A stretch of 64,000 nucleotides of DNA from an uncultured Bacillales bacterium (GTDB lineage Bacteria > Bacillota_I > Bacilli_A > RFN20 > CAG-826). Shown one piece after another: positions 17,303 to 25,038 of the stretch. The stretch lies in contig CAIMWL010000025.1 in NCBI GenBank assembly GCA_903845135.1, forward strand, positions 528 to 64,527. Direction: 5' to 3'. A program made the position numbers and the translations under genes. The notes below the pieces were generated by a model. The model saw nothing but the letters and a program-made list of their open reading frames with translations. It was not told where the DNA came from and made no database searches. Each line of letters opens with the position of its first letter. The first letter of the stretch is position 1.

Positions 17303-18981
17303 GCAGGCAAATTTCGATTCATAATCACTGGAATAATCATAGGATTCCTTTGAGTTTTGATAAATAAATACTTACCGACTACTTCTTTAATGGTGTTCTT
17401 TAATTCTGAGAAAGAAACGCGATTTTTCATCAATAATTTGAGGCGTTCTTCTAATTTAAATTCAGCATTTTTTAGCATGTCATTTGCCGATTGGAAAACA
17501 AATCCCAGCGCCGTAATGGTGGGTTTGATTAACAATTGATTTTGCTTGGCATCAATCACAACTGAGACTGATACTACACCATCATCCGCTAAAATCTTTC
17601 GGTCTCGGATAACCGCAGTCGATAATCCATTAATATCTTTTCCGTCAATATAAACTGCATCTGCTGGTACTTCTCCGCCGCGCGAGATTTGATGATTTTT
17701 TAATTTTAAAATATCGCCATTGCGACAGATGAAGGAATTTTGTTTAGGAATACCTAAAGTTTCTGCAATCTCTGTATGTAGTTTTAACATCCGATACTCA
17801 CCGTGCATCGGCATAAAATATCGTGGTCTAAATAGTTTTAACATCAAACGAAGTTCTTGTCTGGCTGGATGCCCCGAGGAGTGAACATTAAATAATATCG
17901 AATTGGTTAAAACGTTAGCCCCGGCCCTTGTCAATTGATTGACAACTCGATTGATACTGAGACCGTTTCCCGGAATTGGGCTTGAAGAAAAAACAACGGT
18001 GTCGCCTGGAACAATTTTAACTTGTCGGTGATCTCCTTTGGCAATCCGGGATAAGGCTGCCATTGGTTCGCCTTGGGAGCCGGTACAAATAATCACCGTT
18101 TCTTCAAGTCTGAGGCTTCTAATATCATCGGATGCCACAATCGATGAATCCGGTATTTTAATGTAACCTAATTGTCGAGACATGCTGACAGCATTTTCCA
18201 TGGAACGTCCGATGATGACTAATTTCTTTTTGTGATTGACCGCCGCTTCAACAATTTGTTGAATGCGAGAAATATTACTGGAAAATGTTGAAACAATTAA
18301 CCGACCGCTCGCATTTTCAAAAATATCATTGATCGCGGAAATCACACTTCGTTCAGAAGGGGTATAGCCTTCGATTTCAGCGTTGGTAGAGTCAGACAAT
18401 AAAAGATCAACACCTTCCGTGCCAAGTTTTGCAATTTTTCCAAGATTAATTTCCGCACCTACTGGCGTTAAATCGATCTTAAAATCACCAGTCGTGACAA
18501 CTCTACCTTCCGGAGTATCTACACATACCCCAAAACAATCGGGGATTGAGTGAGTCATGCTAAAAAAAGAAATCTTAAACTCATTTATATTTAGAATGGT
18601 ATCTTCATCATATTCAACAATTTTCACAGGCTCTTTGATTCTTTGATCTTGCAGTTTATGCCGGATAAATGCAGCGGCAAGGCGTGGCGCGTAAATCACA
18701 GGAACAAAGACATGTTGAACTAAAAAAGGAATACCACCTATATGGTCTTCATGGCCATGTGTGACAATTAACGCTCTAAATTTTCTTTGATTATTTTTAA
18801 TGTGAGAATAATCTGGAATCACATAGTCAACGCCTGGTAAATCTTCCTCAGGAAACCTGACCCCAGCATCAATAAGAATTAATGTTTTTTCCGATTCAAC
18901 TCCGTAAGTATTTTTACCTACTTCCCCCAAACCCCCGAGGGCAAAAATAGACACGCCTTCTTGACCAGCACTAAACGCCAT
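17299..18981 (-). CDS. rnj: Ribonuclease J
   Basis: 560 aa with the metallo-beta-lactamase motif VTHGHEDHIGG. Beta-CASP region with HSSGHP and MPMHGEY. Confidence 0.95.
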   Translation of the reverse strand: MAFSAGQEGVSIFALGGLGEVGKNTYGVESEKTLILIDAGVRFPEEDLPGVDYVIPDYSHIKNNQRKFRALIVTHGHEDHIGGIPFLVQHVFVPVIYAPRLAAAFIRHKLQDQRIKEPVKIVEYDEDTILNINEFKISFFSMTHSIPDCFGVCVDTPEGRVVTTGDFKIDLTPVGAEINLGKIAKLGTEGVDLLLSDSTNAEIEGYTPSERSVISAINDIFENASGRLIVSTFSSNISRIQQIVEAAVNHKKKLVIIGRSMENAVSMSRQLGYIKIPDSSIVASDDIRSLRLEETVIICTGSQGEPMAALSRIAKGDHRQVKIVPGDTVVFSSSPIPGNGLSINRVVNQLTRAGANVLTNSILFNVHSSGHPARQELRLMLKLFRPRYFMPMHGEYRMLKLHTEIAETLGIPKQNSFICRNGDILKLKNHQISRGGEVPADAVYIDGKDINGLSTAVIRDRKILADDGVVSVSVVIDAKQNQLLIKPTITALGFVFQSANDMLKNAEFKLEERLKLLMKNRVSFSELKNTIKEVVGKYLFIKTQRNPMIIPVIMNRNLPA

Positions 18982-19073
18982 AAAAAACTCCTTTGATGAA
19001 CATAATGAATCTATGCATCGTCTTAATTAAGTAAATTATAATCAATGAAAATCTAATTGTAAAGTGAATATTG

Positions 19074-19649
19074 TTACAGAAGGATTGAATTAGATTTTTC
19101 TTTAAATGGGTCTTTTTTATCTAAATAGTCATAAAACAAAATGCCATTTAAGTGATCGATTTCATGTTGTAAAACTATTGCATCAAATCCTTCTGCTTGA
19201 ATTAATATTTCTTTATTTTGAATCAAATCAAATGCTTTTACTGAAATTTTATTCGCGCGGTATACATAACCAGGATGTTCTGAAGGCACCGATAAACAAC
19301 CTTCACCACTCGTCAAGGCAATCTGTTTGATGGATTGCGAAACAATAATCGGATTGGCAAGCATGTATTCAGTTTTTATCTCGCCCCTTTGATAACTAAT
19401 AGCGGTCAGGCGTTTGCTGATACCAACTTGCGGGGCAGCCAAGCCAATGCCTTCTCTTATTTGATGTTTTTCAGCATACGTTTTGTCCTGCGATTGATGG
19501 ACATATTTTAATAACCCCTTTAAGAGGCTAGAATCTTCCTCGGATAGAGGCAAGGAAACAGGCAACGCCCTTTTTCTTAAAATTGGATTGGGATCTTGAA
19601 TGACTTTTAGGGTTTTCATATTTTTCACTTTATCATAATTTTTCATCAT
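19074..19649 (-). CDS. def: Peptide deformylase
   Basis: Motifs GIGLAAPQVG, EGCLSVP and QHEIDHLNG. The start could instead be ATG 19619 (MKTLKV...), which would leave more promoter room. Confidence 0.93.
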   Translation of the reverse strand: MMKNYDKVKNMKTLKVIQDPNPILRKRALPVSLPLSEEDSSLLKGLLKYVHQSQDKTYAEKHQIREGIGLAAPQVGISKRLTAISYQRGEIKTEYMLANPIIVSQSIKQIALTSGEGCLSVPSEHPGYVYRANKISVKAFDLIQNKEILIQAEGFDAIVLQHEIDHLNGILFYDYLDKKDPFKEKSNSILL

Positions 19650-19682
19650 TCGGCAGCGAATTAATTGTGTTAAAGTAAGTTT

Positions 19683-20042
19683 ATGAGTTATGCAGAATTA
19701 ATTACCCTTGCTCGAGATTTAAAAGAAGCATTAGAAGAGGATGATCGTGTTGTTTTACTAAACCAACTTGATAAACAACTCAGCCAAAATCAAACCTTAC
19801 TTGCCTTGAGTGAACATTACCAAAGGTCTCAGGCTAATTACCAATCGATGTGGGAGAGTTATGGCGATGACAGTCCCCATTTATTGAGAGCAAGAGCAGA
19901 ACTTCACCAAGTTAAAATTCAAGTGGATTCGCATCCGCTGGTTCGCGATTATTTAAAGATGTATGGCCAAGTTAGAGAAATCTATTCTTGGATTCAACTA
20001 AAGATTTTTTCTCCATTTAAATCGCATCCACCGGGTTGCTAA
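19683..20042 (+). CDS. YlbF/YmcA-like (UPF0342) helical protein
   Basis: 119 aa and all-helical by composition. Its position directly upstream of rsmD-coaD matches Bacillus ylbF-ylbH(rsmD)-coaD synteny. The family call rests on context plus weak similarity. Confidence 0.5.
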   Translation: MSYAELITLARDLKEALEEDDRVVLLNQLDKQLSQNQTLLALSEHYQRSQANYQSMWESYGDDSPHLLRARAELHQVKIQVDSHPLVRDYLKMYGQVREIYSWIQLKIFSPFKSHPPGC

Positions 20043-20593
20043 TGATGTTAAGAATTATTGCAGGGAAATTCCGCTCTAGAAAACTTATACAACCACCGTT
20101 ATCGATTACTCGTTCTACTAAAGACCGCGTAAGAGAAGCGGTATTTTCGGCAATCGGTAGTAAAGTAGTGAATGCAACAGTTCTTGATTTATTTGCCGGA
20201 TCAGGAGCTTATGGTTTGGAAGCAGCTTCTCGGGGTGCAGGATTCATTTATTTGAATGACCAACATCAAGTGGCTATCAAAGTGATTCAGGCAAATATCT
20301 TAAGTCTGAAAGTTGAGCAAACCAAGGTTTCTCAAATGGATGCTTTAGAATTCATTCGAATGGCGATTGATAATCATTTCAAATTCGATATTGCCTTCTT
20401 CGACCCTCCTTATGCTTATGCTCATTTTCAAGATCTCTTATCTCAATTTGCAAAAGGAAACCTTTTAAATGCTGGTGGAATCATTGTTTATGAGAATGAA
20501 TCGGAAGTTCATAATCTCAACGAAGACAAATTTGTCGTAAAGTCTTATAATTACGGTAGAACCGTAGTTCATATTGGTTGGAAAAAAGAATGA
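20042..20593 (+). CDS. rsmD: 16S rRNA (guanine966-N2)-methyltransferase RsmD
   Basis: Motifs LDLFAGSGAYGLEAASRGA and FFDPPY. ATG 20042 overlaps the upstream TAA (TAATG). The ORF-track TTG 20036 is also possible. Confidence 0.9.
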   Translation: MMLRIIAGKFRSRKLIQPPLSITRSTKDRVREAVFSAIGSKVVNATVLDLFAGSGAYGLEAASRGAGFIYLNDQHQVAIKVIQANILSLKVEQTKVSQMDALEFIRMAIDNHFKFDIAFFDPPYAYAHFQDLLSQFAKGNLLNAGGIIVYENESEVHNLNEDKFVVKSYNYGRTVVHIGWKKE

Positions 20594-21084
20594 AAATTGC
20601 AATTTATCCTGGTAGTTTTGATCCCATTACAAACGGGCATATCGATATTTTAAATCGGGCTTTAAAAATTTTCGACCAAGTGATTTTATTATTAGCGGTC
20701 AATCCAAATAAAATAAGTACTTTCACCCTTGAAGATAGAAAATTAATGCTAAAAGATATTGCAAAACAATATGGTTCGCAAAAGGTGATTGTCGATAGCA
20801 CTGATGGTTTAACCATCCGTTACGCTCAATCCAAAGCCGCTATAGCCTTGGTTAGAGGTTTAAGAACGGTACCTGATTTTGAATATGAACATGATATTTT
20901 TTCTGGCAATCAATTGATAGATGCCAATATTGAAATGGTATTTTTTATGGCAAAGCAACCCCATCAAATCATTTCTTCAAGTCTCATTAAGCAGCTCTAT
21001 TTAAATCAAGTTGATATTTCTACCTTAGTTCCCCACGCTGTCTTACCATATTTTAAGAAATTAAAAACTAACGTAAAGCAATAA
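20590..21084 (+). CDS. coaD: Phosphopantetheine adenylyltransferase
   Basis: MKIAIYPGSFDPITNGHIDI (T/HxGH motif). ATGA overlap with the rsmD stop. The ORF-track TTG 20578 is rejected as an extension. Confidence 0.95.
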   Translation: MKIAIYPGSFDPITNGHIDILNRALKIFDQVILLLAVNPNKISTFTLEDRKLMLKDIAKQYGSQKVIVDSTDGLTIRYAQSKAAIALVRGLRTVPDFEYEHDIFSGNQLIDANIEMVFFMAKQPHQIISSSLIKQLYLNQVDISTLVPHAVLPYFKKLKTNVKQ

Positions 21085-21841
21085 AAGAAATGTGTCGACC
21101 TGTTTTTTGATTTCTTTCATATGAAAAATAGTCTTTTGGGTTGGAATAGGTATCTAAATTACTAACATGGATAGACCTTGGTGAAAGGCCTGCATCAATT
21201 AATTGAAGGTAATTAAGCAGCGGAATATCTAAAAAATATTGGTTACCTATTTTCTTGATGATTTCTTTGAATTTTGAATTTTTTTGTAGTAATTCATTGG
21301 TTCGATTTTGGGAAATCGGATGGTGGGCAAAATCTAAGGAAGGCCCTAAATAGGCAATTAAATCAAGGGGATTAATTTTCATTTCTTGTTTCAATTGATC
21401 GATGGCAATTTTACTGATACCTTCAAGGCTTCCAGGTGTTCCAGCATGAATGATTGCAATTAAATCTTTGGTTTTATGGGTAATAAACACCGGCACACAA
21501 TCCGCATGAAAAATACCTAACATCAATTTTTTTTCAGTGGTATAAAGCGCATCGGCTGCAATTCCATCATTGAATACGTGATTGCCTTTTCCAGCATCTT
21601 TTTTAACAACGCGTTTTAGAACGGTGCTGTGGGACTGATAGGTCAAAACCATTTGGGATCTTGGAATATTCACTATTTTAGAAAAAGCATCACGATTCAT
21701 TTCCACCGTTTTTTCATCATCACCTGTATGAAATGCTAAATTTAAGGATTGATATTCACCCGTAGAATATCCTCCATGTCTCGTGGTGGTGCCAGCAACA
21801 AGGGTTGGTTTTTGAATAGCGTACCAGAATCGATTTTCCAT
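21068..21841 (-). CDS. pgeF: YfiH/PgeF (DUF152, laccase-domain) purine nucleoside enzyme family protein
   Basis: Motifs FHADCVPVF and IIHAGTPGS, with a conserved His/Cys/His arrangement. 257 aa. Confidence 0.8.
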   Translation of the reverse strand: MENRFWYAIQKPTLVAGTTTRHGGYSTGEYQSLNLAFHTGDDEKTVEMNRDAFSKIVNIPRSQMVLTYQSHSTVLKRVVKKDAGKGNHVFNDGIAADALYTTEKKLMLGIFHADCVPVFITHKTKDLIAIIHAGTPGSLEGISKIAIDQLKQEMKINPLDLIAYLGPSLDFAHHPISQNRTNELLQKNSKFKEIIKKIGNQYFLDIPLLNYLQLIDAGLSPRSIHVSNLDTYSNPKDYFSYERNQKTGRHISFIALR

Positions 21842-21854
21842 CTTTTATATTATA

Positions 21855-21884
21855 CAAAAAAACGTTTCCATTCGGAAACGTTTT
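21855..21884 (-). terminator. Rho-independent terminator after the 21911-22699 gene
   Basis: The minus strand reads AACGTTTCC gaat GGAAACGTT followed by a T-run. Confidence 0.75.
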
Positions 21885-21910
21885 AGAATCTATTTAGGAT
21901 GATAAAAACT

Positions 21911-22699
21911 TTAATTTAATTCGAATTGATTGCGATGCATCCAGGCATCAGACAAGGTAACAGCCTTATCATACAAATTAGCGCCAGGAATGGAGATCAG
22001 CAATTCTGAAATGCCTTCTTCTGGACTATTTTCAGATAAGTCATACATAATCGCCGTTGGTGTGGAGATTGCATTTTTTTCGCCACTTTCAAGGGATTCA
22101 ATTTGGGTTTCGTTTATTTGACCATTAACCTTATATGCAGAATTTCTAGCAACTTCCGCTGTCCGTTCTAAAAAATCGGTGTTTCTTAAAAGGAAACGTT
22201 CGAAAGGTGTGGTTGTGTCGTCTTCAGGATAGTCATAGGTTTCATCAATAAAAATGGTGTAAAACTTAAAGGTGCCAAATTGTTCCTTGGTAACAGGGAT
22301 TATCGAATCCGTTTCTTGAGTCCCATAATATCGAGAAGTATTTTCTAAAAGTTCCTTGATACCTGGTTGTGCATCTTTACAGAATTGGCAATCTTTTTGA
22401 ACAAACACGAGCATAAATTTTTCGCCAAATTCATTGGAATTATCCATCATTGCATCAATGAGTTTTTGTGCATCAGATTCTTCTTCGCCTTCTAGTTTCT
22501 TTTGATAATTACGATAATAACTTTCAGGACTGTTGATGCTTTCAGCAATACCATTAACCCATTCGGTAATGGTCGGAATGGAAAAAATGATAGCAAAAAT
22601 AGTTCCAACGATTAACAGAGGTTGAATCCAGGCTGTTTCCTTGATCCAATTCCATAATCCTCCAAAAATCTTTCCAAAAAACGTGCCGAATGGTTTCAT
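21911..22699 (-). CDS. Membrane-anchored thioredoxin-fold-like protein with CxxC
   Basis: N-terminal TM segment (WIQPLLIVGTIFAIIFSIP), then FMLVFVQKDCQFCKDAQP (CxxC in a Trx-like beta-alpha context). The remainder is acidic. Confidence 0.5.
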   Translation of the reverse strand: MKPFGTFFGKIFGGLWNWIKETAWIQPLLIVGTIFAIIFSIPTITEWVNGIAESINSPESYYRNYQKKLEGEEESDAQKLIDAMMDNSNEFGEKFMLVFVQKDCQFCKDAQPGIKELLENTSRYYGTQETDSIIPVTKEQFGTFKFYTIFIDETYDYPEDDTTTPFERFLLRNTDFLERTAEVARNSAYKVNGQINETQIESLESGEKNAISTPTAIMYDLSENSPEEGISELLISIPGANLYDKAVTLSDAWMHRNQFELN

Positions 22700-22832
22700 T
22701 TGATAACCTCCATTGAATCACGAATAGCACGTTAATCTTATCAAATAGTTTCAGTATCTTCAATATAAATTACTTCTAAACCAAAAATTTATAAAATAGG
22801 GTATAATTTCTTCGGTTTAAAGGTGGTTCAAT

Positions 22833-23813
22833 ATGAATAAAATGACACAAAAATTTCAAAACTGGTTAAATACTTATCCAAAGCTCAAAACCATTCTGGA
22901 AAATATTGGTATCTTCCTCGTATCGTGTATCTCTTCATTGTTAGCAGCCTACATTTTCCGATCATTTATCGTTCCAGCAGGTAATCCATTACCAACGCCA
23001 TTAATTACAGGTGGGGTATCTGGTGTTTCACAAATTTTTAATCGCCTTTTTGATTTATTGAATCTTTTTAATCAAATTGAAAACCGTACGATGCAGGCTA
23101 TTCTTTATTTTATTTTTAATATTCCAATTTTTATTTTAGCATTTACCAAGATAGGCAAAAGATTTGCGATTTTCTCATTCATAAATGTCATTACGACCTC
23201 AATTTTCATTGAAATTATTCCTCATGATTGGACACAACTCATTTCGATAACAGATGACTTACTTTCTCGCGCAATTATTGCAGGGTGTATCCAAGGTATT
23301 GCCAGTTCTCTAGCTTATTTAATGGATATCTCAAGTGGTGGTATGGATGTGATCACGGTTTATTTTGCGAATGTCAAATCCACTTCTGTAGGAAAATATG
23401 CCTTCACCTTCAATGTCACCATCTACTTTTTCTTCACCATCCTTTACCTCTTGAATACGGAATCCTCAACCGGGGCATTAAATGCAGTTATTTTTTCAGT
23501 CATTTATTCATTTACAACTTCAAGAGTTGTCGATGCAATTAATATCAGAAACAAGAAGACACAGTTACAGATTGTAACCTCCAGAACCGATTTACCAAAA
23601 ATCTTAATGGAAAAATTCTTTCATGGGTGCACGGTTGTACAGGCTAGAGGTGGCTACACCAATTCAGTAAAATATATTGTTTATATGGTGGTATCAAGTC
23701 GAGAAGTTCCTGAAGTAGTTCGACATATTCGGCAAGTTGATCCTGAATCCTTTATTGATGAATCGCCTTCGCATCAGGTTTACGGTAAATTTTTCATTAA
23801 ACCAATTAAATAA
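22833..23813 (+). CDS. yitT: YitT-family membrane protein (DUF2179 C-terminal domain)
   Basis: Polytopic N-terminal part with a GGxSG-type motif (ITGGVSGVSQI; ISSGGMDVI). The C-terminal soluble domain is HGCTVVQARGGYTN...VVSSREVPEVVRHIRQVDPESFI. Confidence 0.8.
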   Translation: MNKMTQKFQNWLNTYPKLKTILENIGIFLVSCISSLLAAYIFRSFIVPAGNPLPTPLITGGVSGVSQIFNRLFDLLNLFNQIENRTMQAILYFIFNIPIFILAFTKIGKRFAIFSFINVITTSIFIEIIPHDWTQLISITDDLLSRAIIAGCIQGIASSLAYLMDISSGGMDVITVYFANVKSTSVGKYAFTFNVTIYFFFTILYLLNTESSTGALNAVIFSVIYSFTTSRVVDAINIRNKKTQLQIVTSRTDLPKILMEKFFHGCTVVQARGGYTNSVKYIVYMVVSSREVPEVVRHIRQVDPESFIDESPSHQVYGKFFIKPIK

Positions 23814-24842
23814 TTAATTTTGATAACTACTTAAGACTGATTGTAATAAACTTGGTCGATCCGTCATAATGCCATCGACACCTTTTTCAATTAATTCACG
23901 CATGCTGGTTTCATCATTGATGGTCCAATAATGGACTGCAATGTTGTGCATGTGCGCAGTATTGATGAGTAAGTCAGTCGTTAAAGAAAGTCCTAATTGT
24001 TCAGTAGGAAGTTGAAAGGCGGCTACGGGTTCGCTGTAAAAAACACTCGTTAATGTCGTTTGCATAATGAAAAAAGAGAGTACGCCATTAAATTCAGGTG
24101 AGAACATGAGTTGCTTGTGGGTAGTTGACTTTAATCGATTCAATTCCTCGTATACTTCTTGATGAAAGCTGGCGAGGATGATTCGTTGATAGGTTTGATA
24201 TTCTTCGCTTAATGCATCCATTAACTCAATCACTTTTTCAAGTGCATCCAACCCGATCTCACCGGTCTGTTTAATTTCAACATTTATAAGATTGTTAGGA
24301 AATTGAATAATTAATTCCTCTAAGGTCGAGACCAGAAATTTGGACGGATGCCTTGGTTCAATCCCTACAGGATAATTGACATCAAGTGGCGAAACCTCTT
24401 GTCCTAAATAGTTGGTGTATTTGATAAAGGTGTTGGATAGGTTATAACCATTGGCTCCTGAAATAGGATTATGATAACCAAAATCAATTTCGTTTTCGAC
24501 TAAGTCTGAATAATTTGTTGCAATGATATCAGCATTCGTTAAATTTGTCTTTTGATCCAATGAACGGTCATGAGACAAAATAATTACCCCATCTTTTGTA
24601 AGGTTAACATCGGTTTCAAGCATGACCGATTGATTAAGGCTATAAGCATGATAATAAGCCTCTAATGTGTTATCGGGAAATTCTTGATTACCGCCTCCAT
24701 GTGCGATGAGTATTGGAAGCTCGCCTTTAGCGACCCTGAGTGGGTTGACACCATTAAAGTTTTGCGGTCTTGGAAAAACAGCGATAAGACCAAAAACGAT
24801 TAAAATGGTTCCAAATAGTTGTCTTTTTTTAAATTTTTTCAT
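23814..24842 (-). CDS. Glycerophosphodiester phosphodiesterase, membrane-anchored/exported
   Basis: N-terminal signal anchor, then LIAHGGGNQEFPDNTLEAY, LETDVNLTKDGVIILSHD, and WTINDE near the C-terminus. The start is 9 nt downstream of tRNA-Ser(CGA). Confidence 0.88.
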   Translation of the reverse strand: MKKFKKRQLFGTILIVFGLIAVFPRPQNFNGVNPLRVAKGELPILIAHGGGNQEFPDNTLEAYYHAYSLNQSVMLETDVNLTKDGVIILSHDRSLDQKTNLTNADIIATNYSDLVENEIDFGYHNPISGANGYNLSNTFIKYTNYLGQEVSPLDVNYPVGIEPRHPSKFLVSTLEELIIQFPNNLINVEIKQTGEIGLDALEKVIELMDALSEEYQTYQRIILASFHQEVYEELNRLKSTTHKQLMFSPEFNGVLSFFIMQTTLTSVFYSEPVAAFQLPTEQLGLSLTTDLLINTAHMHNIAVHYWTINDETSMRELIEKGVDGIMTDRPSLLQSVLSSYQN

Positions 24843-24851
24843 AAATTTTCC

Positions 24852-24942
24852 TGGCGGAGAAAGAGGGATTTGAACCCTCGCGAGACTTGCGCCTCCTATC
24901 AGTTTTCGAAACTGACCCCTTCAGCCACTTGGGTATTTCTCC
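24852..24942 (-). tRNA. tRNA-Ser (anticodon CGA)
   Basis: The acceptor, D- and T-arms are identical to tRNA-Ser(GGA). The anticodon arm is TCAGT-TTCGAAA-ACTGA, with a long variable arm and encoded CCA. TGTATAAT (minus strand) lies 9 nt upstream of +1. Confidence 0.9.
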
Positions 24943-25002
24943 GTGAGAGAAATTATACACGATTTCACAGTGCATTTCATTGAATCCATTTGTTAAAAAA
25001 AG

Positions 25003-25031
25003 TTGTTAGGATTAAGAGGGAAAGGTATAAT
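25003..25031 (+). promoter_or_regulatory. Near-consensus sigma-70 promoter placing the TSS at or next to ATG 25039
   Basis: TTGTTA (25003-25008), a 17-nt spacer, then TATAAT (25026-25031). Only 7 nt separate the -10 from the ATG. Confidence 0.6.
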
Positions 25032-25038
25032 TTGAAGG

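Noticed and set aside
20591-20593. Checked whether TGA might encode Trp, as in Mycoplasma/Spiroplasma code 4.
   Set aside because: TGA terminates several genes at positions consistent with family lengths and with ATGA start/stop coupling (rsmD, rdgB, rpe, giant ORF). Conserved proteins contain no in-frame TGA. The standard code applies.
24852-24942. Two ~30-nt blocks identical to 10712-10802, considered as a dispersed repeat or IS remnant.
   Set aside because: The identity is confined to the acceptor, D- and T-arms of two tRNA-Ser isoacceptors. Only the equal 9-nt spacings are noteworthy, and these are reported separately.
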